This document shows positions 1 to 10,406 of a stretch of DNA of 51,517 nucleotides, in pieces. The DNA comes from Chara braunii. Lineage: Eukaryota; Plantae; Charophyceae. Under the pieces are notes generated by a model. It worked only from the letters and a program-made list of their open reading frames with translations, ran no database searches and was not told the origin of the DNA. Numbering within the stretch: position 1 is the first letter of the stretch; each line of letters opens with the position of its first letter. A program made the translations under genes and the position numbers. The DNA is taken from NCBI GenBank assembly GCA_003427395.1, contig BFEA01000024.1:3698802-3750318 (forward strand). Direction: 5' to 3'.

Positions 1-67
<67 letters not shown>

Positions 68-82
68 CTCTCTGTCTCTCTG

Positions 83-142
<60 letters not shown>
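1..142. repeat. (TC)n microsatellite
   Basis: Direct reading; a few TG interruptions. Confidence 0.98.
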
Positions 143-144
<2 letters not shown>

Positions 145-149
145 GTTCC

Positions 150-800
150 TACCACCAAGTCCAAATCTCAGGCAACTATACAGTTATCATAGCACATAGT
201 AGGAGAGACTTGAGGGATTTCTTGCCACAAAATAGAGGAAATTCAACTTTGACTATTGTGTCTTGCAGCTTCAAAAGCTTTTCAGTAAGTATCGTCAATA
301 GTTGTTTGATCGGGGCCCTGAGTCATACATATATTTTGTGGATTTATCAAGATTTCGATGTTTCACAGAAAACCTCCAAGGTCATAGTAAACCCTCTCAG
401 GGCTTTTGTAATTATGAATCCAAAGACCTAGTCCCCTGTCCAATTTTTTGGCACATCCACTCCAGGATCCAAGGGAATTGTTCCTTTTACGGTACGACAG
501 TTACACATAACGGAAGCAGTATTTCAGAAATATTTCTCCTTTTCGACAGCTTTAGATTTAGTGCGTCTCTGCAGTGCACTGGAACCCTTCCTGGTGCAGC
601 TTAGTTTACTGGCATAAAAGAATGTTTTTTTTTTTTTTTTTTTTCCGTACACAATGTAAAGACTTCGTCCACCATTGTCGTGTAAAATCTCTAGAGTCTG
701 GAGTCCCTTTTCAAGTGTTCTCATTCTCTCATCAAATTCCAATGGTATTCGTTGAAGTTCCTCAGTCACTCCATTTGAAATAGTTTCTTCTTTCCTTTTT
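150..800 (-). pseudogene. Possible highly decayed LTR-retrotransposon gag/protease remnant
   Basis: Minus-strand pieces 'KYCFRYV*LSYRKRN' (degenerate CCHC-knuckle-like) and 'MYDSGPRSN' (DSG protease-like), plus a coiled-coil-like stretch in ORF 524-916. Weak. Confidence 0.25.
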
Positions 801-1081
801 TTTTTTTTTTGAAACATTGTCAGAACCATCTGGTTCTGGCTCCTACCATTCTGGGGAGCGACAGTCCGGTTCCTGTTCCCCCGGCAAGTCAATATGTAAT
901 ACATTTGGATACTCACTCACGCTCCTCCCCATTAAGGCTGAGAGGCCCGAGCGGCTGGCATTGATTGCTTCCCTGCGGAAGGATATACCCCCCCTCACCC
1001 CTGCTTAAGTTAGCCTGCTTTTGGTAATTGGCTCTTACTAATCTAGTTGGCCTCAGATTCTTCTTTCCTAACAACATGGAA

Positions 1082-1177
1082 CTCTGTAATCCAACAGCTT
1101 GCGATCTGTAATCCAACAGTTTGGGCCTCCGTAATCCAACGGCTTGGTACTCTGTAATCCAACAGCTTGGGACTCCG
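1082..1177. repeat. Minisatellite, 4 x 22-23 bp (ctgtaatccaacagcttggga)
   Basis: Four adjacent near-identical units read directly. Confidence 0.9.
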
Positions 1178-1852
1178 CCAAACCCCGTATTCTTTAAATA
1201 GTAAATACTGAACAGGTGGTCATCTCAAGCAATGGTGTCTCATGCTCTTGGAAGCGAAAGGGAAAAGAAACACGATTAAGGCAGTAGATGCTTATTGAGT
1301 CCGAATCAATAAGCAGACGTTTGGATCATCAGCGATCTTTCTTACCCCGGTTGGATTTCCGACGATAATAGGGAAGTCCTACCCCTGCCTGGATCCGGGC
1401 ACTGTCAGGATTAGAAAGAGCACCTAAACATATTATTTTGGGAAACAGGTGGTTGTCAATGGCAGAGGACAAGAGCAATGAAGGGTAGGAGCAAGTGTAC
1501 ATAAACATTCTCGTGGTGAGCATGACACAAACCGAGGAAAAGAGGCTAGAACTGCTTTCTTCTCCCAAAAGGAAGGCCAAACTTCCTGCCCAAGTGTTAT
1601 AAACGATTGTAACGTCTGGTGGGGATTACATTTGTTATAATGCATGGGCGTTTTTTCGGTGTAAAAGAGATCAAACTTTCTTTAGGACCCAATTTTATTT
1701 TTCCTAGAGACTCTCCCTGTCAATTACAATGTATGCAGGCCATCTTTACAGTTGGATACAGTAACGATGAGGGTGCATTATTTTTTAGGAGAAGTTGGAT
1801 AGTGTTCATTTGGAAGGCTGCCTAAGAGAGCCATTGAAAGCTTTGTTTCTTC

Positions 1853-2335
1853 GGTGGGCTGGTTAGTTGGTTGTTCGAGTGGGTGGGTGGGTGGGTGGGT
1901 GGGCGGTTCGTTGGTCGGTTGGGTGGTATGATGGGGGTGGTTGGGTGGGATGGGAGTGGGTGGGTAGGGGGGACAGATGGTGGGTAGGATGGTGGGCAGG
2001 GTGGTGGGCAGGGTGGTGGGCGGGTTGGTGGGTAGGTTGGCGGGTGGGTTGGTGGGCGGGTTGGTCCTCGGCTTTGTGAGCCAGTCCGTGAGCAGGGTGA
2101 TGGATACTTGACTGGTTGGAGGGTGGGTAGGTGGGTTGGTAGGTTGGTAGGTTGGTAGGTTGGTAGGTTGGCGGGTTGGTGGGTGGGTTGGTGGGCGGGG
2201 CGGTGAGAGGGGCGGTGGAAGTGGGGTGGTTCGGTGGGTGGTTGGCGAGTTGATTTGTGGGTGGGTGGTTTCGGTGGGTGATGAGTTAGTTCCTGGGTGG
2301 GTTGGTTGAGTGGTTGGTAGGACGGGTGGTGGGCG
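1853..2335 (+). repeat. GGT/GGGT low-complexity tract flanked by an imperfect direct repeat (1661-1722 / 2346-2427)
   Basis: (GGGT)n and (GGTTGGTA)n runs. Both flanks share gtaaaa(a)gagat..aactttc.ttagga...gacccaa.tttat...cctagaga.tctccctgtca. Confidence 0.85.
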
Positions 2336-2448
2336 GTCTGTTGATGTAAAAGAGATGTAACTTTCATTAGGATAGGGCCTGAAAAAGAAAGACCCAACTT
2401 TATCTTGCCTAGAGATTCTCCCTGTCACTAATCAAGAATGAATAAAGC

Positions 2449-2533
2449 TGGGTAGCACCCCGTACGCTACGCAGTGCATATGCATACATATTCTGGCATA
2501 CGCGTACAGACCAAAAAACGCGCGTACGCATAC

Positions 2534-2565
<32 letters not shown>

Positions 2566-2760
2566 ATCCAAAAAATCCTACCACCCAGGCCGCCTGGGTC
2601 AACCCTATTTTCCCGGGCGACCCGGGCGTGCAAGGACTAAGAAAGGTCCCAAAAAAAAAAAAAAAAAAAAAAAACATCCAAAAAATCTGGGCGAGGGCAT
2701 TTTCTATACAAAGTGGCATGGGGGTAATTTTGCACAAAGTGGCAGGGGGTAATTCTGAAC
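2449..2760. mobile_element. Probable non-autonomous DNA-transposon remnant (Mutator-like terminal motifs)
   Basis: Repeated 'caaagtggca..ggggtaatt(t)tg' motifs at 2709-2760 and A-tract-separated GC blocks. No partner TIR or TSD found. Confidence 0.3.
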
Positions 2761-3224
2761 TGTAACCGGAGGTTGTTCACTGAGATTGGGTGTCGCTGAA
2801 CAGATCTCTAGGAAGTGCTATTGAATGAGCGAATGCATTTTCTCNAAAAAAAAAAGAATACAAACAACTTTTGTCTGGGAGTCATACCCGAATTTGCAAC
2901 CAAGCTTAGTTTAAAAATCAAAAACCTTAAACCACTAGTACCTCCGAGCCTATTTTTGCCGACCCTGAATTTCACTGTGCTCCGAGTTTTGCCGAGCCTT
3001 GGTCCCACTCCATTTTCTTTATGGTACAAAGTTGCGGCCGTGAAACTCACAAAACAAGAAAACAAGAAAAAGGAAACAAAGCTCTGGCCGTGATTGCAGT
3101 TGTATATCCTTGGAAATGGTAGTGTGAGTGTGCCCTCGGTGAGGGCATCTCAGCCCCATGGCCAGGTTGTCAGATTTCAGATACACAAAACAAGGGGGAA
3201 AAGAAAAAAACACGGATTCGGCCG

Positions 3225-3432
3225 TGAAAATGGCTGGATACATTCCTCTTAAGTGCCAATGTGATCAGGGTTACTATCCTCTGAGGAAACACAGCTCGAG
3301 CAGATCACGGATTCAGATTATCAGATTCCAAAAACAGAAAACAAGAAAAATGAAAATGGCTAGATACATTCCTCTAAGTGCCAGTGATCAGGGTTAAAAT
3401 CCTCTAAGGAAACACAGCTAGAGCAGATCACG
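3225..3432. repeat. Local ~85-bp direct duplication (3225-3310 / 3351-3432)
   Basis: tgaaaatggct.gatacattcctct..agtgcca..gtgatcagggtta..atcctct..ggaaacacagct.gagcagatcacg occurs twice. Confidence 0.9.
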
Positions 3433-3778
3433 AAAAAAAGAAAAAGAAAACAAGCTTCAAAATGTGACCGTCTTTGCTGTAAGATGCATTCTGTAGAGGA
3501 AGACTATGAGCACGACCTCCTAAACTACCCTGCCTGACATCATTGCAGTACAAAAAGTTTTTTTTTTTTTTTTTTTTCCCTTTTCCTTTCACGTGCGGGC
3601 AAAAGAAAATTAAGTTTTATGGGACTTGCTGACCCTGGGTCCCACCCTCGAATTCTTCGGGTACAGGCTAAAACTTGTAACTTCCCAACACTGCAAAAGA
3701 TACTAGTGGTTTAAAGAAAAATTTAAAAGAATAAAATTTCAAAAAAATACTTTTAAATAGTTTTTATATTATTATGAT

Positions 3779-4506
3779 CATGGTTAGGAGGCCGAACGTT
3801 CGGGGGCCCCCGGGCTGACCCTCGAACGTTCGGGCGTTCAGGGTCCCGTTCGGGGTCCGAACCTGAAGGGGTTTGGCCCCTGCCAAAAAATATTTTGAGG
3901 CCTACAAATTACTTTTTTTTTTGTTGATTTTTTTTTTGTGAGTTCTGTATGACATGCGATATACGCATATAAATTTTATAGGCATTTTGCCAAGCCAAAA
4001 CAAAAAGAAAAATCGCCAAAGATGGCGGTGTCAAAACGTGCTCGGCCACTCTTTTTTTTTTCTTTTCATTTTTCACTTTTTTTTGTCTGTGTGACTCAAA
4101 TAATTTATTATTTTTTGAAACTCTTTTTATGAGCTTTATATTATGTGAAATACACCTCTGTAAATTTTCAGGGAATCGGGCTATCCCAAGAAAAAAACAA
4201 AAAAATCACCAAAGATGGCGGCGTCGAAAACGTGCTCGCCCACTCACTTATTTTAATTCTCTTTTAATTTTTAAAAATTTTCTTATTAATATTTATTTTT
4301 TATTTTATTTTATTTCACACTTGGTAAGGAATTCGGATATAACGCTGAGGCAAATGTTGTTCATTTTATTTTTCTGCATCACAAATAGTTTTTTACATTT
4401 TTTGGAATTTTTGGAGTTTTCTTTTTTTTTTTATTCCCAAGGGGGGCCGGACGTTTGGCAGGTTCAGGTTAGGGAGTTCGGCCCAACCCGAACATCGGCA
4501 ACCCTT
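3779..4506. mobile_element. Non-autonomous hAT-type DNA transposon (MITE), 728 bp
   Basis: 8-bp TSD attatgat at 3771-3778 and 4507-4514. Degenerate TIRs (catggtt..gccgaacgttcggg / cccgaacatcggcaaccctt, resembling CAGGGTTGCC). GC-rich cgaac/gttcg subterminal motifs around an AT-rich core. An 8-bp TSD is diagnostic of hAT. Confidence 0.7.
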
Positions 4507-4525
4507 ATTATGATAATATTACCTT

Positions 4526-4560
<35 letters not shown>

Positions 4561-5069
4561 GAAACAACAGTTTTATCCGGGTCCAGTTCCCGAGGCAGAA
4601 ATACAATGTCAAAGAACTGCAGATTCAGGGGTCGTAAGGTCTTCAATCCCGCTTCATCGGGTGGAGCCCCTCCCCTATAGAAAACCACCGACTTCCAAAA
4701 GAGAAAACACTACCAAATCCCTGATTCCCGCTCGCAAAAAGCCCTAAAAAAATCCACAACGAAAATCCTACTTAGGGTTTCGACTAATCTCTAAAGCCGA
4801 TGTGCGACAAATTTCGTAGAACTAACGACAACAAAAATTCCTAATTAAGGTTTTTAGTAACTTTTACTAATTCCTAGGCGTCACTATCCACCCTAACCCT
4901 AGTGAACCCGAAATCCCTAAACTACACGTAAATCGGTTTTTATTTTTGTGTAAAACAACAATCGCAACCGCAGAAAATTCATAAAAGCATCAATCACCAA
5001 CGTACTCCAAGAATTCGGGGATGACTCGCGGGCAAAAGTTGTTTGGATCATGATTCTGCACTGCGTAGC

Positions 5070-5215
5070 ACGGCGAACGTGTTCGCGGCCCTTCCCGTTC
5101 GGGTAAACACGTTCTCCCGTTCGCGCGAACGGGTCGAGAACACGTTCGCGAGAATGTGTTTTCGAGGCCAGCGAACGGGGTTCGCCTGGGCCGGTACCGG
5201 TCGCCGGCGGGCTTT
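5070..5215. repeat. cgaac/gttcg-rich palindromic cluster (DNA-transposon subterminal-like)
   Basis: Multiple cgaacg / cgttcg(cg) motifs in both orientations; the same vocabulary occurs at 3792-3862 and 18175-18249. Confidence 0.55.
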
Positions 5216-5265
5216 GCAGGGATGTGGGGGAGCGCCGGTGGTTGTCTTTGGGGTGGGGGCAGGTA

Positions 5266-5330
5266 TGTGTGTGTTTGTGTGCCTGCGTGTGTGTGTGTGT
5301 GTGCCCCCGTGTGTGTGTGTGTGTGTGTAG

Positions 5331-5385
<55 letters not shown>
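5266..5385. repeat. (GT)n microsatellite
   Basis: Direct reading. Confidence 0.97.
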
Positions 5386-5386
<1 letters not shown>

Positions 5387-5423
5387 GTCATTTCGCTATA
5401 CCACAGCCCTAGGAAACACCAAA

Positions 5424-5590
5424 CAGCAATCTCAGTGTTACAGGATGTATCAATGGGACGCTGGACCCGGTTTCCAGCAGGTGCCAAGCAGCAATCTCGG
5501 TGTTACCGGATGTATCAATGGGATGCTGGATGTATCAATGGGATGCTGGATGTATCAATGGGACGCTGGACCAGTTTCCAGCAGGTGCCG
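5424..5590. repeat. Compound minisatellite (ggatgtatcaatggga(c/t)gct x4 within a longer duplicated unit)
   Basis: The 20-bp unit occurs four times; cagcaatctc.gtgttac and gtttccagcaggtgcc each occur twice. Confidence 0.9.
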
Positions 5591-5698
5591 CTCCCCACCA
5601 ATAGATGGAGCAGCCCGACAGATAAGCCCTCAATTCTGACGGTTCTCCTACCGCCGCCAGGATAGAGGGATATCACAAGGGTTATTCTCGCAAAAAAA

Positions 5699-6028
5699 NN
5701 NNNNNNNNNNNNNNNNNNNNNNNNNNNNNNNNNNNNNNNNNNNNNNNNNNNNNNNNNNNNNNNNNNNNNNNNNNNNNNNNNNNNNNNNNNNNNNNNNNNN
5801 NNNNNNNNNNNNNNNNNNNNNNNNNNNNNNNNNNNNNNNNNNNNNNNNNNNNNNNNNNNNNNNNNNNNNNNNNNNNNNNNNNNNNNNNNNNNNNNNNNNN
5901 NNNNNNNNNNNNNNNNNNNNNNNNNNNNNNNNNNNNNNNNNNNNNNNNNNNNNNNNNNNNNNNNNNNNNNNNNNNNNNNNNNNNNNNNNNNNNNNNNNNN
6001 NNNNNNNNNNNNNNNNNNNNNNNNNNNN
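5699..6028. other. Assembly gap (N)
   Basis: N run. Confidence 1.
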
Positions 6029-6060
6029 GTGTGTGTCTGTGTCTGTGTATGTGTGTGCCC

Positions 6061-6097
<37 letters not shown>

Positions 6098-6122
6098 ACG
6101 TATGTGTGTCTGTGTGTGTGTG

Positions 6123-6171
<49 letters not shown>

Positions 6172-6239
6172 GACACGCACACACACACACACACACACGC
6201 ACAGACACGCACACACACGCACACACACACACACGGGGC
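6029..6239. repeat. (GT)n followed by (CA)n: fold-back microsatellite
   Basis: gcccccgtgtgt...(GT)n gaccc (CA)n...acacggggc; the two halves are roughly reverse-complementary. Confidence 0.9.
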
Positions 6240-6534
6240 TCTATTTACAATTCACGAGTCATAGAGCAGGGAGGGGGCGTTCAGGGACACAGGACATATG
6301 CATGCATTCACATAGATGCCATTAGGTTTCAACCACATAGGAACAGAGGACGAGGAAAATGAAGAGGAGAAAGCAGAAGAAGGAAGAAGGAAGAAAGGAG
6401 AAAGAAGAGAAGACAGAAACCATAGACCACGCTCGAGTCAAAAAACTTTGTGATTCTCCCGAGCGCAAACAAGGGAAGCAGAAAATAGTTCAACGATACC
6501 GCACCCTCGACACTGCCGCCGCAGTGTTCGGCGT

Positions 6535-6590
6535 GACTCTACGGTCCTTTTCGGCCGGTCGCCACCAGGCCTCATCAGGAGACTTGGTGG
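6535..6590 (-). ncRNA. Type I hammerhead ribozyme
   Basis: Minus strand reads CCACCA-a-GUCUC-CUGAUGA-GGCC-UGGUGGCGACC-GGCC-GAAA-aggaccg-UA-GAGUC. Perfect catalytic core, 4-bp stem II, stem I with 4 of 5 pairs, GUA cleavage triplet (A = 6540), and 5' CCACCA complementary to loop II UGGUGG. Confidence 0.9.
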
Positions 6591-6806
6591 TCTACGGGTT
6601 CCTAAATACTACCGGACATCTACAGAAAGGCCAGAGACGTCAGACAGAATAGCCCAATAGCCTAATCAGGAACAATCGACCAAAATAGGCCCAAACAATA
6701 TCCGACCGATCAAAAAGTATTCATGACCTTTCCAGAACGTCACAAGTACGCCAACTGCGGGCCCCAAGCATATGCTACCTCTTCCTCAAGGGGGAAACAG
6801 CCTCCT

Positions 6807-8322
6807 TCATTTGGAGAACATTAGCTCCCATTTGTTCCAGACTCCACCAAAACGCCAGGAGAAACATTCCAAAGCATTATCAAATAGTTCATCAGGGTAA
6901 CCTCTGTACCACAACTCAACCTTCAGGGAGAATAAGAAAGCAGTTTCAGCTTCAACTAGACTAGTCAGGTTCCTGCAACGCTGAAGAAAGGAATAGATGA
7001 CAGCCATCTTCTGCTGCCTCGAGGAGTAAGAACAGAAGTCCTGAATAGCCTGAAACACAATCCCCTGGTCAAAGATGGCTCGTAGATTCCGATGCAACGC
7101 AACACATCCAATACTCGACTTTCCAATAGGCACACTATGCACCCCAGGAAATCCCAAGATTCACCATTACTGGCCGATTCCAATACCAATCTGGGATCGT
7201 AACATTGCTCGAAAGCTTGCAGCAGCGATTCAGCCTTGTATCTCGACTCCCCATCTCCCTTCTTGTATCTCACAAAAACAGAGATATCGTCGACCAATCT
7301 GATACCAGAGAACAGCTTTCGATCGTTACCCAGAGACGTCAAAAAACGAAAGTCATAAGAACTACAAAGTAGGCATGCCAAGGCAGGGCTGGAGGCCTTA
7401 CCCATGGGGATACCAATAACCTGCCTCAAACATGCTCCTCCGACTTCAATGAATGTATGGTCCAGGTCAAACTTTACAAACTTCACAATCTCATCAAACA
7501 AAACTCGCACGTAGCCCTCAATTGTGTGCCCAAAATGCAGCTTAGCTCCTTTACCCTTCCGCTTCACCAGTACGCCTGTGCATATCTTCTGCTCCCAGAA
7601 CTCAATCACCCACCGTACTGCCAACAAGATTGATTCATGAGGCAAGCTACAAAACATTTCCTTCACGTCAAAAGAACCTCCTATCACACACTCACCTTTC
7701 CTTACTTCTTTATTGATTCTTCGTATTCGAGATACCAAATTCTGAGTACTGCGGAGATTGAAATGTGAACCCTGTGGAAGCCTCCACAACATTTCATTTA
7801 TGCATTGCCAACCTGCTATCGTCTTGCACACCCGTTTGTTGGCTCAGAATAGGAAGGGCATATTGGCCTCCATCTTTGGACATCCTTACGTTTAGGAATG
7901 CCATACGCCCTCCCAAACGACCCCGATTTCTTCCACTTGCCCAGCCGTTCAACCCTGCACTTATCGAAATCAACCCGACATTTCTTCAGCAACACACTTT
8001 CATCGGAAGTAACTCTCACGAAACCCTGGTTTTCGAGAAACAATTTCTTCAAACCCTCGTAATAAGTCAAAGGACAACAAACAAATAAGTCGCCGGGGTT
8101 GTGGTCAATAGTGCAACGAACCAGTCCGGACAGAAGGGATCGGATTCCAAGAACGGACTCAACATCACACCGTAGTGCCTTAAGATCCAAGATGGGAGGA
8201 GCAGACTCCTTTGCACCAGACAATTCAGAAGAAGGAAAAGAAGAAGAAGAAGAAGAAGAAGAAGAAGAAGAAGAAGAAGAAGAAAAAAAAAAATAAAAAA
8301 AATTTAGGAGACTGAGACATTG
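6807..8322 (-). pseudogene. PLE-1 reverse transcriptase (frameshifted)
   Basis: IDHNPGDLFVCCP, AYGIPKRKDVQRWRPI, GSFDVKEMF, RQVIGIPMGKASSPALACL, GIRLVDDI and C-terminal RGYP, split over ORFs 7816-8418, 6965-7831 and 6807-7157. Confidence 0.9.
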
Positions 8323-8339
8323 AGAAGGAGATAAAAGTA

Positions 8340-10295
8340 TCCACGAAATCAAACCCGATCTGCTTTCGTTGCAGAGAGAGAGGTCATCTGGGAACCGACC
8401 CCAGATGCCCCCGCTCACCCGATCACACGCGAGAAAAAAAACTCAGACAGAGCATGCTGGTCGAGGTAGAAGAGGCCAAAGGCATCTGGTTTGTCAACGA
8501 CCCAGAGTATGATGGCTGGGTATTCGACGACACCATTCAGGACCCCATGTGGATCTGGACATACAGTCACACGAGACCGACGACCAAACAGCCAGACATC
8601 TTCCCCCCATCAGACATCAAATGGCATGCAGTAGGAGCCAAAAAAGTCACCGGCCTGCCAGGGAAATTACACGCCGACCCATTGGTCGACCCCCGTGCGA
8701 TCCTGGAGGAGAAAAAACACGAAGACTTGCTGTGGGATCTGGAATCAATTCGGCATCAAACTGCCGAATTATTCCAGAACCCAGAGGACGACAGCAAGCA
8801 CCTCCAGCAAGCAAGACAGATCATAGAGGAACGGTATCCCAAGTCCGAAACCGCCCTCAAAAGACAAGCCTCCCCCCAAAAGGAACACACAGACAACAGA
8901 GCAGGCAAGAAGAAGAAACGGGAAACTGGACTTGAAGCGGATGAAGAGCTCCACCCGGAACAACCAACAGGCACTCCCCCCNCAGGAGGAACAGTCGNGA
9001 CCTCAGATCCCAAGAANCAGGCAGNGATGGACATCTCTCCCAAGAAGAACGCCCAAAAAGGCAAGGACAAAGAAACAGATGCATCTCCCATCCCATGGCT
9101 GAGAGAATACTTGGAGAAATCCAAGTATGAAAGGGAGAAAGAATTNGACATCNGAGTGGCCTGCATGAAACACATGGAGAAAACAGGCAAATCGGCCACA
9201 GGCAAATTCGTTGTGGCAGGTATCCCCCAATCCAGCAACTCGTTTGATCTGCTGCGGCAAAAGAGCGAATTGTCAGAATTCATCCCTTTCAGATACCACG
9301 AGAAGAAGAGGGAAAGGGAAGCAGGATCCTCAGACTCAGACTCGGGACAGGAAACACAGACAAGGAGGGACTCAATAAGAGGTATGGCCCTGAAGAACTG
9401 GAAGCCATCCAAGGGCAAGGAAAAGAAATTCAGGAAGACGTCGAACGACACGAAGAGCCAAAAAAGTAAACAGAGACATATCACACAAGAAATCGCGACC
9501 GTAGCCGCGCAGACAAAACGCCTGTTCGAGCAGAATGCAGACTACAGGAAAGGACACGAAAAGGAGTTCATCACTATCCAGAAAGTCGCTGAGAACACAG
9601 CCCCGGCCGTCACCGGGACAGCAAGGACAGACAGAATAACCATCGAACCAGTCCGTCCCCTGGTTTCGCTCCAGTTCAGGAGCAGATTCAATGAATGGCA
9701 GGTAGCTACGGAGGAATCCTTTGCCATGCCTACCATCAGTGACGTTCGCTCCCTCGCTAGGTGCATCAAGGACCACATCTCCGCAGACGCCCCCTTGGGA
9801 GTCTACGAGGTCCCTCATCACGATGCAGCTACGATCAGCGACAGCAACACTGCCGAGGAGAACCGCAGTACTTTCGAGCCCATTCTGGTCAAATTGGATG
9901 AGAGAGCCAAACTCCGGGAAGGCCTCACATGGAGAGCATGGAATACCATAACGGCACTCCCATACAGCGTGCTCGCAAACAGATCATGTCCGGCAGAAGT
10001 GATGGCGGACTCGCTGGCCACCATTATCAGGGCCCACCTCCTCACCTCGAAGAACTCCTTGGGAGATGAGGCGACCCCGATACACGTCGAACAGGTGGAC
10101 AGCGACTGCGGAGACGACGACGATGACAACGACGAGGGTATGCTGGACAACGACAAGATCTCTCCAGGCGACGAAGGCACAACTGACCCTCCACCGTCGC
10201 AGGGCAGCGTGAGTGCGTACAGCCTAGACCGGGTGACCAGCAAAGAGGACAGCGGGGGATCCGACATCGAGAGCCGCGAGACAGCAGTCGACTAG
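8340..10295 (+). CDS. L1-a ORF1 (5'-truncated; zinc knuckle followed by long charged and C-terminal regions)
   Basis: The frame of the 8454 ORF is open from the first element base: STKSNPI-CFRCRERGHLGTDPRC-PRSPDH...M. The CX2CX4HX6C knuckle lies upstream of the tracked ATG. Confidence 0.85.
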   Translation, partial: STKSNPICFRCRERGHLGTDPRCPRSPDHTREKKLRQSMLVEVEEAKGIWFVNDPEYDGWVFDDTIQDPMWIWTYSHTRPTTKQPDIFPPSDIKWHAVGAKKVTGLPGKLHADPLVDPRAILEEKKHEDLLWDLESIRHQTAELFQNPEDDSKHLQQARQIIEERYPKSETALKRQASPQKEHTDNRAGKKKKRETGLEADEELHPEQPTGTPPXGGTVXTSDPKXQAXMDISPKKNAQKGKDKETDASPIPWLREYLEKSKYEREKEXDIXVACMKHMEKTGKSATGKFVVAGIPQSSNSFDLLRQKSELSEFIPFRYHEKKREREAGSSDSDSGQETQTRRDSIRGMALKNWKPSKGKEKKFRKTSNDTKSQKSKQRHITQEIATVAAQTKRLFEQNADYRKGHEKEFITIQKVAENTAPAVTGTARTDRITIEPVRPLVSLQFRSRFNEWQVATEESFAMPTISDVRSLARCIKDHISADAPLGVYEVPHHDAATISDSNTAEENRSTFEPILVKLDERAKLREGLTWRAWNTITALPYSVLANRSCPAEVMADSLATIIRAHLLTSKNSLGDEATPIHVEQVDSDCGDDDDDNDEGMLDNDKISPGDEGTTDPPPSQGSVSAYSLDRVTSKEDSGGSDIESRETAVD

Positions 10296-10406
10296 GTAAC
10301 CCATCCGAACTCCATATAACTAACTCCCCCACAACAACACATAGAAATCAACATCACCACAGAAAACAATAAAGAATTAATGGAGTAATAGGCTTAACAG
10401 TCTAGG

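Larger units (their letters stand above)
6240..8339 (-). mobile_element. PLE-1 (Penelope-like, Naiad/Chlamys-type), 3' portion: RT and 3' UTR
   Basis: PLE RT motifs on minus, hammerhead in the 3' UTR, and continuity with 15318-18135 across the L1 TSD. The left boundary is approximate. Confidence 0.85.

Noticed and set aside
1082-1177. CRISPR-like array (also 5424-5590 and 43482-44030)
   Set aside because: Units are directly adjacent without unique spacers, no cas genes are present, and the context is eukaryotic.
1778-2428. Extensin/proline-rich protein ORFs
   Set aside because: By-product of the GGT low-complexity tract; open in several frames with no signal peptide.
4770-4925. Telomere-like tagggttt / ccctaaccct / ccctaaa motifs
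   Set aside because: Isolated single motifs, not a tandem telomeric array.
4917-6362. HT/CV-repeat ORFs
   Set aside because: Translations of (GT)n/(CA)n microsatellites and N-gaps.
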